A DNA stretch of 32,253 bases from a bacterium (GTDB lineage: Bacteria > Verrucomicrobiota > Kiritimatiellia > RFP12 > CAIWXQ01): NCBI GenBank assembly GCA_037129105.1, contig JBAXVM010000003.1, forward strand, positions 1-32,253. The letters are read 5' to 3'. The notes under the pieces were generated by a model. The model had not been told where the DNA came from. It was given only the letters and a program-made list of their open reading frames with translations, and searched no databases. Shown piece by piece: positions 16,915 through 28,354 of this stretch. Each line of letters opens with the position of its first letter. Position 1 is the stretch's first letter. The position numbers were made by a program, and so were the translations under genes.

Positions 16915-17355
16915 TCAAATTACGACGCACGATCCGCCCGCCGCCTCGATCTTCATGCGCGCGGCCGCGCTGAAAGCATGTGCCTTGATCGTAAGTTTCT
17001 TCGCGCATTCGCCGTCCGCCAAAATCTTGATGCGGTCGGGATGACGCGGCGCCAGACCGGTGCTGCGCAGCAGCTCGGGTGTAACTTCGACGCCTTCCGC
17101 GAAAACAGCCAGCGCCTCCAGGTTCACGCTACAGCAGAGCACGCGCGTAGAATTCTTAAACCCGCGCTTGGGAAGGCGGCGCAACAGAGGCATCTGGCCG
17201 CCCTCAAAGGCAACCTTGTGCTTGTGCCCCTTGCGGGCATTCTGTCCCTTATGGCCTTTGCCGCACTGGCGGCCATGCCCCGAAGCCGTGCCGCGCCCCA
17301 CACGCTTGCGAGGGCGCCGGCTACCAGGGGTATTCGTCAAAGTGGAGAGATCCAT
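16915..17355 (-). CDS. rplO: 50S ribosomal protein L15
   Basis: RVGRG, FEGGQMPL.RRLPKRGF, KIEAAGG. Confidence 0.96.
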   Translation of the reverse strand: MDLSTLTNTPGSRRPRKRVGRGTASGHGRQCGKGHKGQNARKGHKHKVAFEGGQMPLLRRLPKRGFKNSTRVLCCSVNLEALAVFAEGVEVTPELLRSTGLAPRHPDRIKILADGECAKKLTIKAHAFSAAARMKIEAAGGSCVVI

Positions 17356-17377
17356 GTATGCGTACTCCGGATGATGT

Positions 17378-17872
17378 TCAAGCCCGCGCGGCAGCAATGC
17401 TCTCGGCCGAACGGAGTTTTTGCAGGGATGCGATCGTGGCCTTGACCACATTCAGTCTGTTCTTGCTGCCCAGCGACTTACCGATCACGTCGCGCACACC
17501 GGCAGCCTCAAGCACCGGACGCATGCCTCCGCCCGCGATGACGCCCGAGCCGTCCGGGGCTGGCTTCAGCAGCACACGGCCGCCGTCGCACGCACCCAGA
17601 ACCTCATGCGGAATCGTCTTGCCATGCATGGTGATCTTGATCATGCGCTTGCGCGCCGTCTCGCCGCCCTTACGGATGGCATCGCTGACCTCGTTGGCCT
17701 TGCCAAAGCCGAAGCCAACGCGCCCCGCGCGATCACCGACCACGACCACAGCGCTGAAACTGAAGCGGCGCCCGCCCTTGACGACCTTGGCGCAGCGGTT
17801 GACAAACACCACCCGCTCATCCATGCCGTCGCCCTGGGACTGGCCTTGGGAATTTCGATCCATCGCGCTCAC
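17378..17872 (-). CDS. rpsE: 30S ribosomal protein S5
   Basis: [25 protein letters not shown]; start GTG17872 or ATG17863. Confidence 0.96.
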   Translation of the reverse strand: MSAMDRNSQGQSQGDGMDERVVFVNRCAKVVKGGRRFSFSAVVVVGDRAGRVGFGFGKANEVSDAIRKGGETARKRMIKITMHGKTIPHEVLGACDGGRVLLKPAPDGSGVIAGGGMRPVLEAAGVRDVIGKSLGSKNRLNVVKATIASLQKLRSAESIAAARA

Positions 17873-18249
17873 TTCGTCACCTCCGTCGCACCAGTCGCGT
17901 CATTCGTAATCTTCAGGCCGCCGGCCACTGCGGCCTCGACCAGTTGCTTGACGCGGCCATGAAACCGGAATCCGCCGCGGTCGACGACCACCTGCCGCAA
18001 ACCCTTGGCTAGCGCAGCTTCCGCTGCCAGCGCGCCCACCTGCTTGGCGGAGCTGAGATTACATCCCGCCACCGCCTTGCCGGAAGAAGTATGCGCCAGC
18101 GTGCATCCAGCCGCATCGTCGATGAACTGCACATACAACTGGCGGTTCGAAACGAAGATTGCCATGCGCGGGCGCACAGCCGTGCCATGCACGCGCTGCC
18201 GCAGACGCCGGTGCCGAATGATTCTCTGATCCTTGCGATTGAAGCTCAT
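17869..18249 (-). CDS. rplR: 50S ribosomal protein L18
   Basis: GT..RPR, Q.IDD, DRGGF.FHGRVK. Confidence 0.95.
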   Translation of the reverse strand: MSFNRKDQRIIRHRRLRQRVHGTAVRPRMAIFVSNRQLYVQFIDDAAGCTLAHTSSGKAVAGCNLSSAKQVGALAAEAALAKGLRQVVVDRGGFRFHGRVKQLVEAAVAGGLKITNDATGATEVTK

Positions 18250-18273
18250 GTCTCGCTCCGCTTGCCCCGCACC

Positions 18274-18810
18274 TTATGCGACGGTCTTGCCTTGCTTGCG
18301 GCGGATTTGCTCGCCGACGTACTTGATGCCCTTGCCCTTGTAGGGTTCGGCCGGGTAGAATCCACGAATGCGGGCGGTGGTGTCTCCCACCATCTCCTTG
18401 TCGATCCCGTCGATCGTAAGCTGAACGCCCTGCTTCTCCGTCACCTTGATCCCCGCGGGAATCGCGAAATCCTTTGGCGCGGCAAAGCCCAGCCAGAGTT
18501 GCAGCCTGGCGCCCTGCACCGCAGCCTTGAAGCCGGTGCCTTCAATGATCAGTTCTTTGCGGTACCCCTTGGTGACGCCCTGAATCATGTTGACGACCAG
18601 GGTGCGGCTCAAGCCGTGACGGCTCTTCTGGCCACGGGAATCATCCGTACGCGTCACCAGCACCTTGCCGGTCTCGACGCCTGCAGAGATACCCGATGGC
18701 AGCTCGCGCTCGAGCTGGCCCAGCGGCCCCTTGACCGTCACATGTCCGCCGCTGGCGGTTACCGTGACGCCGGTCGGTATGACGACCGGCTGTTTGCCGA
18801 TTCTCGACAT
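18274..18810 (-). CDS. rplF: 50S ribosomal protein L6
   Basis: MSRIGKQP, VKGP.G, EPYKGKGIKY. Confidence 0.97.
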   Translation of the reverse strand: MSRIGKQPVVIPTGVTVTASGGHVTVKGPLGQLERELPSGISAGVETGKVLVTRTDDSRGQKSRHGLSRTLVVNMIQGVTKGYRKELIIEGTGFKAAVQGARLQLWLGFAAPKDFAIPAGIKVTEKQGVQLTIDGIDKEMVGDTTARIRGFYPAEPYKGKGIKYVGEQIRRKQGKTVA

Positions 18811-18820
18811 CGCACACCCC

Positions 18821-19216
18821 TTACCAGATTGTACAGATCAACTCTCCGCCAAGCTTTCGCTGGCGGGCGTCCTTGCCGCTCATGACGCCATCCGAAGTGC
18901 TCAGCACCGCGGTGCCCATGCCGCCGAGAACGCGCGGAATATCCATGTAGCCGCAAAAACGGCGCAGACCAGGCTTGCTCTCGCGGCGTATACCGCGAAT
19001 CGCCGGCTCGGCCAGCTCGCTGTATTTCAGCTCAATGTGCAACACGCGCCGACCATCACCCGCAAGGGTATAGCTAGCGATGTAGCCTTCCGCCTGCATC
19101 ACACGCGCCACCTCGCCTTTGAGGCGAGAGCCAGGCATGTCCAATGAAGGCATGCCAGCTTTTTGCGCGTTGCGTATGCGCGTCAACATATCCGAAATCG
19201 GATCCGACCAACTCAT
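18821..19216 (-). CDS. rpsH: 30S ribosomal protein S8
   Basis: [28 protein letters not shown]. Confidence 0.97.
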   Translation of the reverse strand: MSWSDPISDMLTRIRNAQKAGMPSLDMPGSRLKGEVARVMQAEGYIASYTLAGDGRRVLHIELKYSELAEPAIRGIRRESKPGLRRFCGYMDIPRVLGGMGTAVLSTSDGVMSGKDARQRKLGGELICTIW

Positions 19217-19226
19217 CGTCCTGCCC

Positions 19227-19412
19227 TCACCAGCTTGCCTTGGTCACGCCGGGGATCTGTCCGGACACAGCCAGCTCGCGAAAACACAAACGGCAGAGCT
19301 GGAACTTACGCATGAAAGCGCGTGCACGACCGCAGCGAGTGCAGCGATAGTACTTGCGCACCGAAAACCTGGGCGTGCGTTTCGCCTTTTCCATCAAGCA
19401 TGTCTTGGCCAC
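19227..19412 (-). CDS. rpsN: 30S ribosomal protein S14, Zn-binding (type Z)
   Basis: GTG start, MAK...RCTRCGR...LCRLCFRE...GVTKASW; 61 aa. Confidence 0.95.
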   Translation of the reverse strand: MAKTCLMEKAKRTPRFSVRKYYRCTRCGRARAFMRKFQLCRLCFRELAVSGQIPGVTKASW

Positions 19413-19425
19413 AGCGGATTCCCTT

Positions 19426-19965
19426 CTAGCGGCCCGCGAAAGGCATTCCCAGCTGGGAAAGCAGTTCGCGCGCCTCCTTATCATTGCGGGCCGTCGTCAC
19501 AAAAGTGATATCCATGCCCTTCTCCGTACCGCCGCCAGACCCTCCAGCGAGCTCCGGAAAAATCGTCTGTTCCTTCAGGCCGAGCGTGTAATTCCCGCGC
19601 CCGTCGAAACCGCGATTGGCAACCCCACGAAAGTCACGAATACGCGGCAGCGCGGCGTTAATCAGGCGGTCCACAAACTCGTACATCCGATCGCCGCGCA
19701 TGGTCACCTTGGCACCGATGACCATGCCCTCGCGCAACTTGAAGTTCGAGATGCTTTTCCTGGCTTTGCACAGCATCGGCTGCTGGCCGGTGAGCGCGCC
19801 CAGGTCGTGCAACAGCGACTTCTGCGCATCTTTCTCTACGATGCCGAAGCCCATGTTGACCACTACCTTGGTGAGACGCGGCACGAGCATGGGGTTCTTA
19901 AACCCCAGCGCAGCACTTAGCGCCGGCACCAATTCCTTGCGATATTTATCCTTCAGTCTGGCCAT
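19426..19965 (-). CDS. rplE: 50S ribosomal protein L5
   Basis: [26 protein letters not shown]. Confidence 0.97.
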   Translation of the reverse strand: MARLKDKYRKELVPALSAALGFKNPMLVPRLTKVVVNMGFGIVEKDAQKSLLHDLGALTGQQPMLCKARKSISNFKLREGMVIGAKVTMRGDRMYEFVDRLINAALPRIRDFRGVANRGFDGRGNYTLGLKEQTIFPELAGGSGGGTEKGMDITFVTTARNDKEARELLSQLGMPFAGR

Positions 19966-19976
19966 TTTCGCCGCTC

Positions 19977-20300
19977 CTACTGCAGCAACTTTCCGGATCG
20001 TTTGGACCGGCGCACGAGCTGGTCGCCCTGCCGTTCGCGCGTAATGCGCGTGCCCTTCTTCTTGTCCGGATCGTAGGGCATGAGATTTGAGAGATCAATC
20101 GGAGCTTCCCGCTTGATGAAACCGTCCTTGGACTGGGTCGTCGCCTGAGACCGTCGCACCGACTTCTTAACGACGTTGATCCCCTCCACGAACGCCTTCC
20201 CCTTACCAGGCACTACACGCAGCACCTTGGCCGTCTGACCGGCAAAGATACCCGTGATGACGATTACCATGTCATCCTTCTTGACGCGTGCCACACTCAT
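19977..20300 (-). CDS. rplX: 50S ribosomal protein L24
   Basis: KKDD.V.VI.G, VEGIN, EAPI..SN; position between rplN and rplE. Confidence 0.93.
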   Translation of the reverse strand: MSVARVKKDDMVIVITGIFAGQTAKVLRVVPGKGKAFVEGINVVKKSVRRSQATTQSKDGFIKREAPIDLSNLMPYDPDKKKGTRITRERQGDQLVRRSKRSGKLLQ

Positions 20301-20666
20301 TCAAACCACCTCCGGCGCCAGCGAGATCACCTTCATGTAGTTCCGGTCACGCAATTCCCGCGCAACCGGGCCAAAAATGCGCGTCCCCATCGGGTTCAGC
20401 TTCGCGTCGACAATCACGCATGCGTTCTGGTCAAACCGTACGCTGGAGCCATCCGCGCGCCGGATAGGATGCCCCGTGCGAACCACCACGGCCAGGCAAA
20501 CCTGACCCTTTTTGATCGCGCCGGTGGGCATCGCTTCCTTGATCGCTACCTTGATCACATCACCAATGTGGGCAAACGTTTTGCGCTGCCCGATGATACG
20601 AAAGCACATGGCAAGCTTGGCGCCCGTATTATCAGCGACCACCAGTTCGGTTGCTTCCTGAATCAT
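20301..20666 (-). CDS. rplN: 50S ribosomal protein L14
   Basis: MIQ...[27 protein letters not shown]. Confidence 0.97.
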   Translation of the reverse strand: MIQEATELVVADNTGAKLAMCFRIIGQRKTFAHIGDVIKVAIKEAMPTGAIKKGQVCLAVVVRTGHPIRRADGSSVRFDQNACVIVDAKLNPMGTRIFGPVARELRDRNYMKVISLAPEVV

Positions 20667-20971
20667 GCCTTCTGCGCTCCTTTGGCAACCTGCGTCACCG
20701 CCACCAGCCGCCAGTGCTTCAGCCGGCTGATGGGACGACACTCCGCAATTTCAACCTGGTCGCCCACCTGCGCCTCATTGCGCTCGTCATGGGCGTGGTA
20801 CGCCTTGAACTGACGGACAACCTTCCCGTACTTGGGATGTGCCCGGCGACGCTCCGTGCGCACCACGATGCTCTTGTTGCCGCTCTTGCTGGTCACCACG
20901 CCCTTGCGGTGCTTGCGACTGTTGCGCTCAACCGTCTCGGGTGTCACTACTTCTGTTGTCGTCTCAGCCAT
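20663..20971 (-). CDS. rpsQ: 30S ribosomal protein S17
   Basis: HPKYGK, AHDE, ECRPISR.K.W. Confidence 0.95.
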   Translation of the reverse strand: MAETTTEVVTPETVERNSRKHRKGVVTSKSGNKSIVVRTERRRAHPKYGKVVRQFKAYHAHDERNEAQVGDQVEIAECRPISRLKHWRLVAVTQVAKGAQKA

Positions 20972-21168
20972 CACTTGCCTGCCTTCTGCGCGTGCGCAAT
21001 GGTCTGCATGCGCGCCACATCCCGGCGCAGCGTGCGTATGCGAACCGGCTTGTCGGCGCCTTCCCCCGTGCGGTGCTTCAGCTGCAGATCACGCAATTCC
21101 TGTGTGACCTCGCGAATGCGACCGGCGAGCTCCTCCGCCTTCAACTCTCTCAATTCCCTCGTCTTCAT
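20971..21168 (-). CDS. rpmC: 50S ribosomal protein L29
   Basis: MK..ELR, IR.LRRDVAR..T; position after rplP. Confidence 0.93.
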   Translation of the reverse strand: MKTRELRELKAEELAGRIREVTQELRDLQLKHRTGEGADKPVRIRTLRRDVARMQTIAHAQKAGK

Positions 21169-21187
21169 CGCTGACCGTCTCCTGCCG

Positions 21188-21598
21188 CTACCTGCGGCTG
21201 ATCAACTGCGTGCGGAGTCCCAACTTCGTGGATGCCAGCCGCAAACACTCGCGCGATACGGCCTCCGGCACACCACCGACCTCGAAAATAACCTTGCCTG
21301 GCAGCACGACGGCCACCCAGAACTCGGGATTGCCCTTGCCTTTACCCATGCGCACTTCAATCGGCTTGCGGGTCACCGGCTTGTCTGGAAACACGCGGAT
21401 CCAGAGCTTGCCCTTACGCTTCATGAACCGGTTGATGGCGACACGGCAGGCTTCAATCTGGGTGTTCTTGAGCCACCCGCGATCGAGCGATTTCAGGCCG
21501 AATTCGCCGTATGCCAGCTCCGTTCCGGAAGTGGCGTACCCGCTGCGGTTCCCTTTAGATTGTTTGCGGTGCTTAACCCGCTTAGGCATGAGTGGCAT
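21188..21598 (-). CDS. rplP: 50S ribosomal protein L16
   Basis: [31 protein letters not shown]. Confidence 0.97.
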   Translation of the reverse strand: MPLMPKRVKHRKQSKGNRSGYATSGTELAYGEFGLKSLDRGWLKNTQIEACRVAINRFMKRKGKLWIRVFPDKPVTRKPIEVRMGKGKGNPEFWVAVVLPGKVIFEVGGVPEAVSRECLRLASTKLGLRTQLISRR

Positions 21599-22256
21599 TG
21601 GTGCGTCTCCTGGTATTCGTACGCGCCGGCTGGAAATCGTCCTTCTTGCAGATCCACACCTTGACGCCGATCAGTCCAGCCGTCGTGTGCGCCTCAGCAA
21701 ACCCGTAGTCAATATTGGCGCGGAGCGTGTGCAACGGCACTTTGCCCTGCTTGCTCCACTCGACACGCGATATCTCCGCGTTGTTGATGCGACCGCAGCA
21801 GCGAATCTTGATGCCATCCACGCCCATGTCCATGGCGACCTTCTCGGCACGCTTGATGGCGCGCTTGATGGCCACGCGGCGTTCAACCTGCTGCGCAATG
21901 CTCTCCGCCACCAACTGCGCATTGGCATCCGGATCTCGCACCTCGTGGATCTCGATGTAGATCTCCTTGCCTGTCCTCTTGGCGAGGTCAGCGCGAACCT
22001 TGTCGATATCCTGGCCTTTGCGTCCGATCACGATGCCCGGACGAGCGGTATGAATATTCACCCGCACGCGATTGGCATAGCGCTCGATGATGATCTTGGC
22101 GACGGCCGCATTTTCGAGGCTCTTGCGAACCTCCTCGCGGATCATCATGTCCTCTGCCAGCAGTTCGCCAAAATGCTTCTTGCCGCTGAACCAGCGTGAA
22201 CGCCACTGTTTGTCCAGGGCGATCCGGAAGCCTATCGGATTGACTTTCTGTCCCAA
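21582..22256 (-). CDS. rpsC: 30S ribosomal protein S3
   Basis: TTG start after an AAGGAG SD; [36 protein letters not shown]. Confidence 0.96.
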   Translation of the reverse strand: MGQKVNPIGFRIALDKQWRSRWFSGKKHFGELLAEDMMIREEVRKSLENAAVAKIIIERYANRVRVNIHTARPGIVIGRKGQDIDKVRADLAKRTGKEIYIEIHEVRDPDANAQLVAESIAQQVERRVAIKRAIKRAEKVAMDMGVDGIKIRCCGRINNAEISRVEWSKQGKVPLHTLRANIDYGFAEAHTTAGLIGVKVWICKKDDFQPARTNTRRRTNATHA

Positions 22257-22288
22257 CGTACCGCTCCTTCCCGCAAACCAAACAACAT

Positions 22289-22642
22289 CTACTCGGCCGG
22301 ACTGTCCGGCTGTCCGTCTGTCAACACCACTTTCACGTGGCATAACCGCCGCGCAATGGGACTGGCGCTACCTCGCGCCCGTGCCCAGTGCCGCCGCATC
22401 CGCGTACCTTCGTCGAACACTGCCAGCTTAACGCGCAGATGTTCAACATCGAGATTGGCATTGGTCCGCGCGTTAGCGAGAGCTGACTTGAGCGTCTTGC
22501 CCAGCGTCAGCGCCGCTTTCAGCGGACTAAAATCCGTAATCTGCATCGCCTGTGCGATGGGTAGCCCCTGCACCTTGCGTGCCAGAGGACGACCCTTCAA
22601 CGCCGAAAGTCGCACATTACGCGTTATGGCTGTCACTTCCAT
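22289..22642 (-). CDS. rplV: 50S ribosomal protein L22
   Basis: R.S..K.R, K.LKSA.ANA, RARG. Confidence 0.93.
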   Translation of the reverse strand: MEVTAITRNVRLSALKGRPLARKVQGLPIAQAMQITDFSPLKAALTLGKTLKSALANARTNANLDVEHLRVKLAVFDEGTRMRRHWARARGSASPIARRLCHVKVVLTDGQPDSPAE

Positions 22643-22651
22643 GCTGCTCTC

Positions 22652-22933
22652 CTACCGCGCCACAACCTTGTCGGTGTGGGTGCCATGCGCCCGGAAGGTG
22701 CGCGTGGCTGCAAACTCGCCGAGTCGGTGCCCCACCATGTTCTCGGTAATAAAAATCGGGATGTGCTGCTTTCCGTTATGAATCGCAAACGTGTGCCCGA
22801 TAAAATCCGGCATAATCATTGAGCGCCTCGACCAGGTCTTGATCGGAGCCTTGCGGCCGGACTTGTTCATCAGCTCGACCTTGCGGAGGAGCTTGGGTTC
22901 CACATAGGGACCTTTTTTTACGGACCGCGACAT
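22652..22933 (-). CDS. rpsS: 30S ribosomal protein S19
   Basis: [26 protein letters not shown]. Confidence 0.97.
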   Translation of the reverse strand: MSRSVKKGPYVEPKLLRKVELMNKSGRKAPIKTWSRRSMIMPDFIGHTFAIHNGKQHIPIFITENMVGHRLGEFAATRTFRAHGTHTDKVVAR

Positions 22934-22936
22934 GGT

Positions 22937-23761
22937 TTACTTTCTCCGCTTTACAATAAACTTGCTGGACGGGTTGCGGCGCTGGCGCGTCTTGCCACCC
23001 TTGGCCAGCTGACCCCACGGAGACCGCGGGTGCCCGCCACCAGAGGTGCGTCCTTCGCCACCGCCCATCGGATGATCAACCGGGTTCATGGCCACACCGC
23101 GCACCGTCGGACGGATACCCATCCAGCGTTTACGCCCGGCCTTGCCAAACTTCACGCTGCTCCACTCCGCGTTGCCAACCAAGCCGATGGTCGCCATGCA
23201 GCGGCTATTCACGCGCCGCACCTCCCCGGAAGGAAGCCGCAGCGTGACAAAGCCACCTTCGCGGGACATCACCTGGCAACTGTTGCCAGCCGAGCGCGCC
23301 AGCACGCCGCCGCGGCCGGGCACAAGCTCGATGTTATGCACAAAAATTCCCAGCGGCACCTTCTCCAGCGGCACCGCATTGCCAACCCCGGGCTCTGCGT
23401 CCGGACCCGCCAGCACCAGCGCGCCCACCAGCAAACCATCCGGAGCCAGAATGTAGCGCTTCTCGCCGTCGACATAATGCAGCAGCGCCAGATTTGCAGA
23501 GCGGTTCGGATCATACGCGATCGCTGCCACACGCGCGGGAATGCCGATCTTGTCGCGCCGGAAATCCACAATGCGATAGCGCGTCTTGGTCCCGCCGCCG
23601 CGATGCCGCGTCGTGATCCGGCCCACGTTGTTCCGGCCCGATCCGCGCTTCTGCGCCTCGGTCAGACCCCGTTCCGGCTTCTGCTTCGTGATCTCATCAA
23701 ACGTCTGGGCTACGTGGTGACGCTGCCCATCGGATGTCGGTTTAAAATTCTTGAGCCCCAT
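22937..23761 (-). CDS. rplB: 50S ribosomal protein L2
   Basis: [25 protein letters not shown]. Confidence 0.98.
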   Translation of the reverse strand: MGLKNFKPTSDGQRHHVAQTFDEITKQKPERGLTEAQKRGSGRNNVGRITTRHRGGGTKTRYRIVDFRRDKIGIPARVAAIAYDPNRSANLALLHYVDGEKRYILAPDGLLVGALVLAGPDAEPGVGNAVPLEKVPLGIFVHNIELVPGRGGVLARSAGNSCQVMSREGGFVTLRLPSGEVRRVNSRCMATIGLVGNAEWSSVKFGKAGRKRWMGIRPTVRGVAMNPVDHPMGGGEGRTSGGGHPRSPWGQLAKGGKTRQRRNPSSKFIVKRRK

Positions 23762-23782
23762 GTCTCGTTCCCTCCGGCGGCG

Positions 23783-24061
23783 TTACACAGCCTCGATGCG
23801 TTCGCCCGCCTTCAATGTCACGATCGCCCGCTTCCAGGCCGACGTACGGACCGTGCGGCGATTGCGCAGCACGCGCGATTCGCCCTTGTAATTCTGCGTA
23901 TTGACAGACAGCACATGCACGCCAAACTGCTTTTCAACGGCCTGGCGGATCTCTGGCTTGCGGGCCTTGCTCGCCACTTCGAGCTGAAACTGGTTCATCC
24001 CGCCAAGAATGGTACCCTTCTCGGTCACCTGAATCTTCCGAATAATGCCGGCGTGCTTCAT
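23783..24061 (-). CDS. rplW: 50S ribosomal protein L23
   Basis: TEK, K.EI..AVE..F.V.V..VNT, WKRAIVTL. Confidence 0.93.
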   Translation of the reverse strand: MKHAGIIRKIQVTEKGTILGGMNQFQLEVASKARKPEIRQAVEKQFGVHVLSVNTQNYKGESRVLRNRRTVRTSAWKRAIVTLKAGERIEAV

Positions 24062-24702
24062 GCTGCAACCTCCGCCTTCTTCACCAAACGCGCCGTCAAA
24101 ACTGCAAGTCCCGCACGCGTCGTCAGGACCGTCCGATGGCGAACCAGATCATATACACCAACATCGGCCGCTCTGACAACAGCAACCTTTGGAATATTAT
24201 GCGTAGCCCGCACCAGTTTTACATCGGGTTGGTCAACGACGATCAGGCATCCACGTGTGATTCCGAGCTTCAGCAGCAGCGCTGCGAGCACCCGGGTCTT
24301 GGCTTCGGCGAGGTCAAAGCTCTCAATTGCGATGAGGCCGCCATCATGAATCCGCTCGCTGAGCGCGTGCCGGTAGGCGAGCTGGCCAACCTTGCGGTTG
24401 ATCTTGGTTTCAAAACTGCGGGGTCGAGGACCGAATGCTACGGCGCCGCCGCGCCAAACGGGCGACTGCCGCAGACCGGCGCGTGCACGGCCGGTGCCCT
24501 TCTGCTTCCAGGGCTTCTTGTTGCTGCCGGCCACTTCGCCCTTGGAGAGCGTCGAGGCTGTGCCGGCACGGCGTGCGTTCTGGGTCGCCACGACGACATC
24601 CTTAACGGCTTGTCCGCCACGGTCGAGCACCAGCATCGCATCGTCAACCGCCACATGGCCGCCAGCTTCGCCGGTCGTCTTGTACAGTTTGATCGAACTC
24701 AT
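24058..24702 (-). CDS. rplD: 50S ribosomal protein L4
   Basis: KPWKQKGTGRARAG, WRGG..FGPRPR. Confidence 0.96.
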   Translation of the reverse strand: MSSIKLYKTTGEAGGHVAVDDAMLVLDRGGQAVKDVVVATQNARRAGTASTLSKGEVAGSNKKPWKQKGTGRARAGLRQSPVWRGGAVAFGPRPRSFETKINRKVGQLAYRHALSERIHDGGLIAIESFDLAEAKTRVLAALLLKLGITRGCLIVVDQPDVKLVRATHNIPKVAVVRAADVGVYDLVRHRTVLTTRAGLAVLTARLVKKAEVAA

Positions 24703-24709
24703 CGGATCC

Positions 24710-25339
24710 CTACCCCTTCTTCAGGGACTTTTTGATCACCACTACGCCGCCCACCGGACCAGGAATTGCGCCCCGAACCAGCAGCAAATTATCGTCCTTG
24801 CGAACCTGAACCACCGCAAGATTGCGCGCCTTGCGCGTCACTGCGCCCATGTGCCCCGGCATACGCTTACCCTTGTGCACCCATCCTGGCAAATCGCGGG
24901 CACCAATACCGCCAACACGTCGCTTGGAGTGGCCGCCATGCGTCATCGGGCCACCGGCCATGCGGTACCGTCGCACCACACCCGCAAAACCGCGTCCCTT
25001 GGTGGTCGCCGAAACGTCCACCTGCGCAATCCCATCAAAAATTCCAACCGTGATCAAGTCGCCGGCCTTGACCGATTCGCCTTCGTCAAGCTGAAACTCC
25101 CGCAGCTCGCGGCAGGGTGTGACCCCGGCCTTCTCATAACGCACGGCCAGCGCCTTGGTCAGCCGCCCGGCTTTTTGGTCGCCGTAACCGAGCTGCACGG
25201 CTGAGTAGCCGTCCTTGTCCGGTGCCTTTACCTGGACGACCGGACATGGCCCAGCCTCAATGACCGTCACGGCAACGCGCCGTCCCTGGGCGTCCCAGAC
25301 CTGCGTCATGCCAATCTTCTTACCTATCAAGCCTTGCAT
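24710..25339 (-). CDS. rplC: 50S ribosomal protein L3
   Basis: G.IGKKIGMTQ, DGY.AVQ, KGRGFAG, KGKRMPG.MG. Confidence 0.97.
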   Translation of the reverse strand: MQGLIGKKIGMTQVWDAQGRRVAVTVIEAGPCPVVQVKAPDKDGYSAVQLGYGDQKAGRLTKALAVRYEKAGVTPCRELREFQLDEGESVKAGDLITVGIFDGIAQVDVSATTKGRGFAGVVRRYRMAGGPMTHGGHSKRRVGGIGARDLPGWVHKGKRMPGHMGAVTRKARNLAVVQVRKDDNLLLVRGAIPGPVGGVVVIKKSLKKG

Positions 25340-25355
25340 GGTTGCTCCATCCCGC

Positions 25356-25664
25356 CTAGACGCGAATTGAAATATCCACACCCGCGGGCAGGTTCAGCTT
25401 CTTCAGCTCATCCACCGTCTTAGCCGTTGGGCTCACGATGTCAAGCAATCGCTTATGCGTTCGCATTTCAAACTGGTCCATGGACTTCTTGTCCACGTGC
25501 GGGCTCCGGTTCACGGTGAAACGCTCAATCCGCGTAGGGAGCGGAATAGGTCCCACCACCTGAGCCCCGGTGCTGCGGGCCGTGTCGATAATATCCGTCA
25601 CGGCCTGATCCAGCACCCGGTGGTCGTATCCCTGCAATCGAATGCGTATGCGCTGACTTTGCAT
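25356..25664 (-). CDS. rpsJ: 30S ribosomal protein S10
   Basis: [26 protein letters not shown]. Confidence 0.98.
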   Translation of the reverse strand: MQSQRIRIRLQGYDHRVLDQAVTDIIDTARSTGAQVVGPIPLPTRIERFTVNRSPHVDKKSMDQFEMRTHKRLLDIVSPTAKTVDELKKLNLPAGVDISIRV

Positions 25665-25671
25665 TCTCGCG

Positions 25672-27804
25672 TCACCTGTTCAGTAGTTGTTCTCGCACAG
25701 TCTTCGGCACCACAGCGAACTCGTCGGGCTCCATCGTGTAGCTGGCGCGTCCGCGCGTGAGCGATCGGATCGCCCCCGCGTATCCGAACAGCTCCGCCAG
25801 CGGCACGTGCGCGCGGATGAGCTGCGTGTCGCCACGCATCGTCATGTCCCGCACCTGTCCCCGCCGGCCGTTCACGTCCCCGATCACCTCGCCGACGTGT
25901 TCCGGCGGCGTGACAATGTCCAGGCACATGATCGGTTCCAGCAGCTCGGGGTGCGCCGCCTGCGCCGCCTCCCGGAACGCCATGACCGCCGCCGTCCGAA
26001 AGGCCACATCCGTGGCCATTTCCTCGTCCGCGATCGCGACTTCCTTCACCCGCGCCAGCACGTCCGTCATCGGGTACCGCGCCAGCACACCAGTCAGAAT
26101 CCCATCCGTCAGCCCCTGCTCCAGACACGCGCGCAACGCTTCGCTGTTGTCCAGCGCGCGGAGGGCGCCCGCCGCGACTTCCGTCGCATGGCCGCTTCCG
26201 CGTTCGCGCGGCGTCACCTCCACCGTGATCCGGGCCCAGTGGCGCTTGCCACCGAGCTCGCGATCAAACAGATGCGTGGCGCAGGCTGAGGCCGTCACCG
26301 TCTCGTAGTACGAGACCATCGGCTTTCCGGTATTGGCTTCCACCGAAAACTCGCGGCGCAGGCGGTCCACCAGGATCTCCAGGTGCAACTCGCCCATGCC
26401 GCTCAAAATCGTCTGCCCGCTCTCCGGGTCCAACCGCACAATGCAGGTCGGGTCCTCGGAGGACAGGGCCTTCAGCGCCCCCTCGAGCTTCTCGCGGTCG
26501 GCCCGCGACTTCGGCTCGATGGCCATGAACATCACCGGCTCCGGCGCCTGGATCCGCTCCAGCGCCACAGGCTGGTTCTCGGCGCACAGCGTGTCGCCGG
26601 TGGTCGCATCCTTCAGGCCCACGCTCGCCCCGATGTCGCCGGCATACAGCGACTCGCACTCGGTCTGGGCATCCGCGAACAGCCGCACCAGCTTCAGGAC
26701 CCGCTCGCGCTTCTTCGTGCGCGGGTTGAACACGTTCTGTCCCTTGCGCAGCCGCCCCGAGTACACGCGCAGGAAAAAGAGCCGCCCGACATAGGGGTCC
26801 GTGGCGATTTTGAACACCAGCGCGCTCAGCGGTTCCGCGTCATTTGCCTCCCGCACGATGCGGTTGCCGCTTTTCACCTCCGTGGCCTCAACGGCCGGCC
26901 GGTCGGCGGGCGACGGCAGAAACGCGACCACGGCATCCAGCAGCGGCTGCACGCCCTTGTTGCGCAGCGCCGAGCCGCAGAGAACCGGTACGAGCCTGCC
27001 CGCAAGGGTGGCCCGCCGGATCGCCGGCCGCAGCACCTCTGCCGGCAAGTCCGGCGATTCCAGATAACGGGGCAGCAGCTCCTCGTCCACCTCGGCCACC
27101 TGCTCAATCAGATAGCTGCGGGCCGCCTCCACAGTGGCTCGCAGCTCTTCCGGAACCGGCTGCCGCAGAATCTCGCGGCCATGGCTGGGCTCGTCGAACA
27201 CCAGGGCCTGCCGCTCCAGCAGGTCAATCACTCCCTGAAATCCGGCCTCGCGGCCCCACGGGAGGAAGAGCGGAACGGGATTGGCTCCCAGCTTGCGGCG
27301 AATCTCGGACACGACGGCGCCAAAGTCGGCGCCCATGCGGTCCATCTTGTTGATGAAGGCCAGCCGGGGCACCTGATACTTGTCGGCCTGGCGCCAGACC
27401 GTCTCCGACTGCGGCTGCACGCCGCCGACTGCACAGAACACGCCGACGGCACCATCGAGAACGCGCAGCGAGCGCTCCACCTCGATGGTGAAATCCACGT
27501 GACCGGGCGTGTCAATGATGTTGATCTGCGTATCATGCCACGCACAGGTGATGGCGGCGCTGGTAATGGTAATGCCGCGTTCCCGCTCCTGGATCATCCA
27601 GTCGGTGACGGTGTTGCCGTCGTCGACGTTGCCCAGCTTGTGCGTGCGTCCGGCATAGAAAAGAATGCGCTCGGTGGTCGTGGTTTTGCCCGCATCAATG
27701 TGGGCCACGATCCCGATGTTGCGGACCTGCGCGAGGGGTACCTCACGCCCGTCCGGCGAAGGGCCGGACTTGCCCGCTTTGCACTCTTTGACCTTGCCGT
27801 CCAA
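25672..27804 (-). CDS. fusA: Elongation factor G (divergent domain IV)
   Basis: [41 protein letters not shown]; start placed at TTG27804 after a GGAG SD (uncertain). Confidence 0.93.
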   Translation of the reverse strand: MDGKVKECKAGKSGPSPDGREVPLAQVRNIGIVAHIDAGKTTTTERILFYAGRTHKLGNVDDGNTVTDWMIQERERGITITSAAITCAWHDTQINIIDTPGHVDFTIEVERSLRVLDGAVGVFCAVGGVQPQSETVWRQADKYQVPRLAFINKMDRMGADFGAVVSEIRRKLGANPVPLFLPWGREAGFQGVIDLLERQALVFDEPSHGREILRQPVPEELRATVEAARSYLIEQVAEVDEELLPRYLESPDLPAEVLRPAIRRATLAGRLVPVLCGSALRNKGVQPLLDAVVAFLPSPADRPAVEATEVKSGNRIVREANDAEPLSALVFKIATDPYVGRLFFLRVYSGRLRKGQNVFNPRTKKRERVLKLVRLFADAQTECESLYAGDIGASVGLKDATTGDTLCAENQPVALERIQAPEPVMFMAIEPKSRADREKLEGALKALSSEDPTCIVRLDPESGQTILSGMGELHLEILVDRLRREFSVEANTGKPMVSYYETVTASACATHLFDRELGGKRHWARITVEVTPRERGSGHATEVAAGALRALDNSEALRACLEQGLTDGILTGVLARYPMTDVLARVKEVAIADEEMATDVAFRTAAVMAFREAAQAAHPELLEPIMCLDIVTPPEHVGEVIGDVNGRRGQVRDMTMRGDTQLIRAHVPLAELFGYAGAIRSLTRGRASYTMEPDEFAVVPKTVREQLLNR

Positions 27805-27863
27805 GACGCCTGCTCCACGCGAATTTTCAAAGAACAAGTTGGCGGCTCGCAGCCGCCGCGCGC

Positions 27864-28334
27864 CTACCAAGCATAATGCGCAAAGGCCTTGTTGGCCTGT
27901 GCCATCTTATGCGTGTCGTCGCGCTTCTTGATCACATTGCCCTGGCCGTTGTAGGCCTCCAATAATTCCAAAGCGATCGCCTTCGGCATGGGCGTGCCGC
28001 GCCGGGTGGCGGCAAACTGCGCCATCCAACGCAACGCGAGCGCGAGCTGACGGGCAGGCCGGATCTCGACCGGGACCTGATACGTCGTGCCGCCGACGCG
28101 CCGCGACTTCACCTCAACCTTGGGCTTCATGTTTCCAATGGCCTGGTCAAGAACTTCCAGCGGATCTTTGCCGGTCTTGGCCGCCATTTCGTCAAGGGCG
28201 CCATAGACGATATGCTCAGCCGTGGTCTTTTTACCGCGCTTCATCATGCTGCTGACAACACGCGCCACGAGTTCGCTGTTGAACTTCGGGTCGGCCGTCA
28301 ACCGCCGCTTGCTTGCTCTACGTCTTCTCGACAT
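27864..28334 (-). CDS. rpsG: 30S ribosomal protein S7
   Basis: [28 protein letters not shown]. Confidence 0.98.
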   Translation of the reverse strand: MSRRRRASKRRLTADPKFNSELVARVVSSMMKRGKKTTAEHIVYGALDEMAAKTGKDPLEVLDQAIGNMKPKVEVKSRRVGGTTYQVPVEIRPARQLALALRWMAQFAATRRGTPMPKAIALELLEAYNGQGNVIKKRDDTHKMAQANKAFAHYAW

Positions 28335-28354
28335 AACTTAGCCCGCCTGAAAAA

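Noticed and set aside
16793-17008. 71-aa ORF across the rplO-secY spacer
   Set aside because: Overlaps rplO out of frame, with no recognisable similarity
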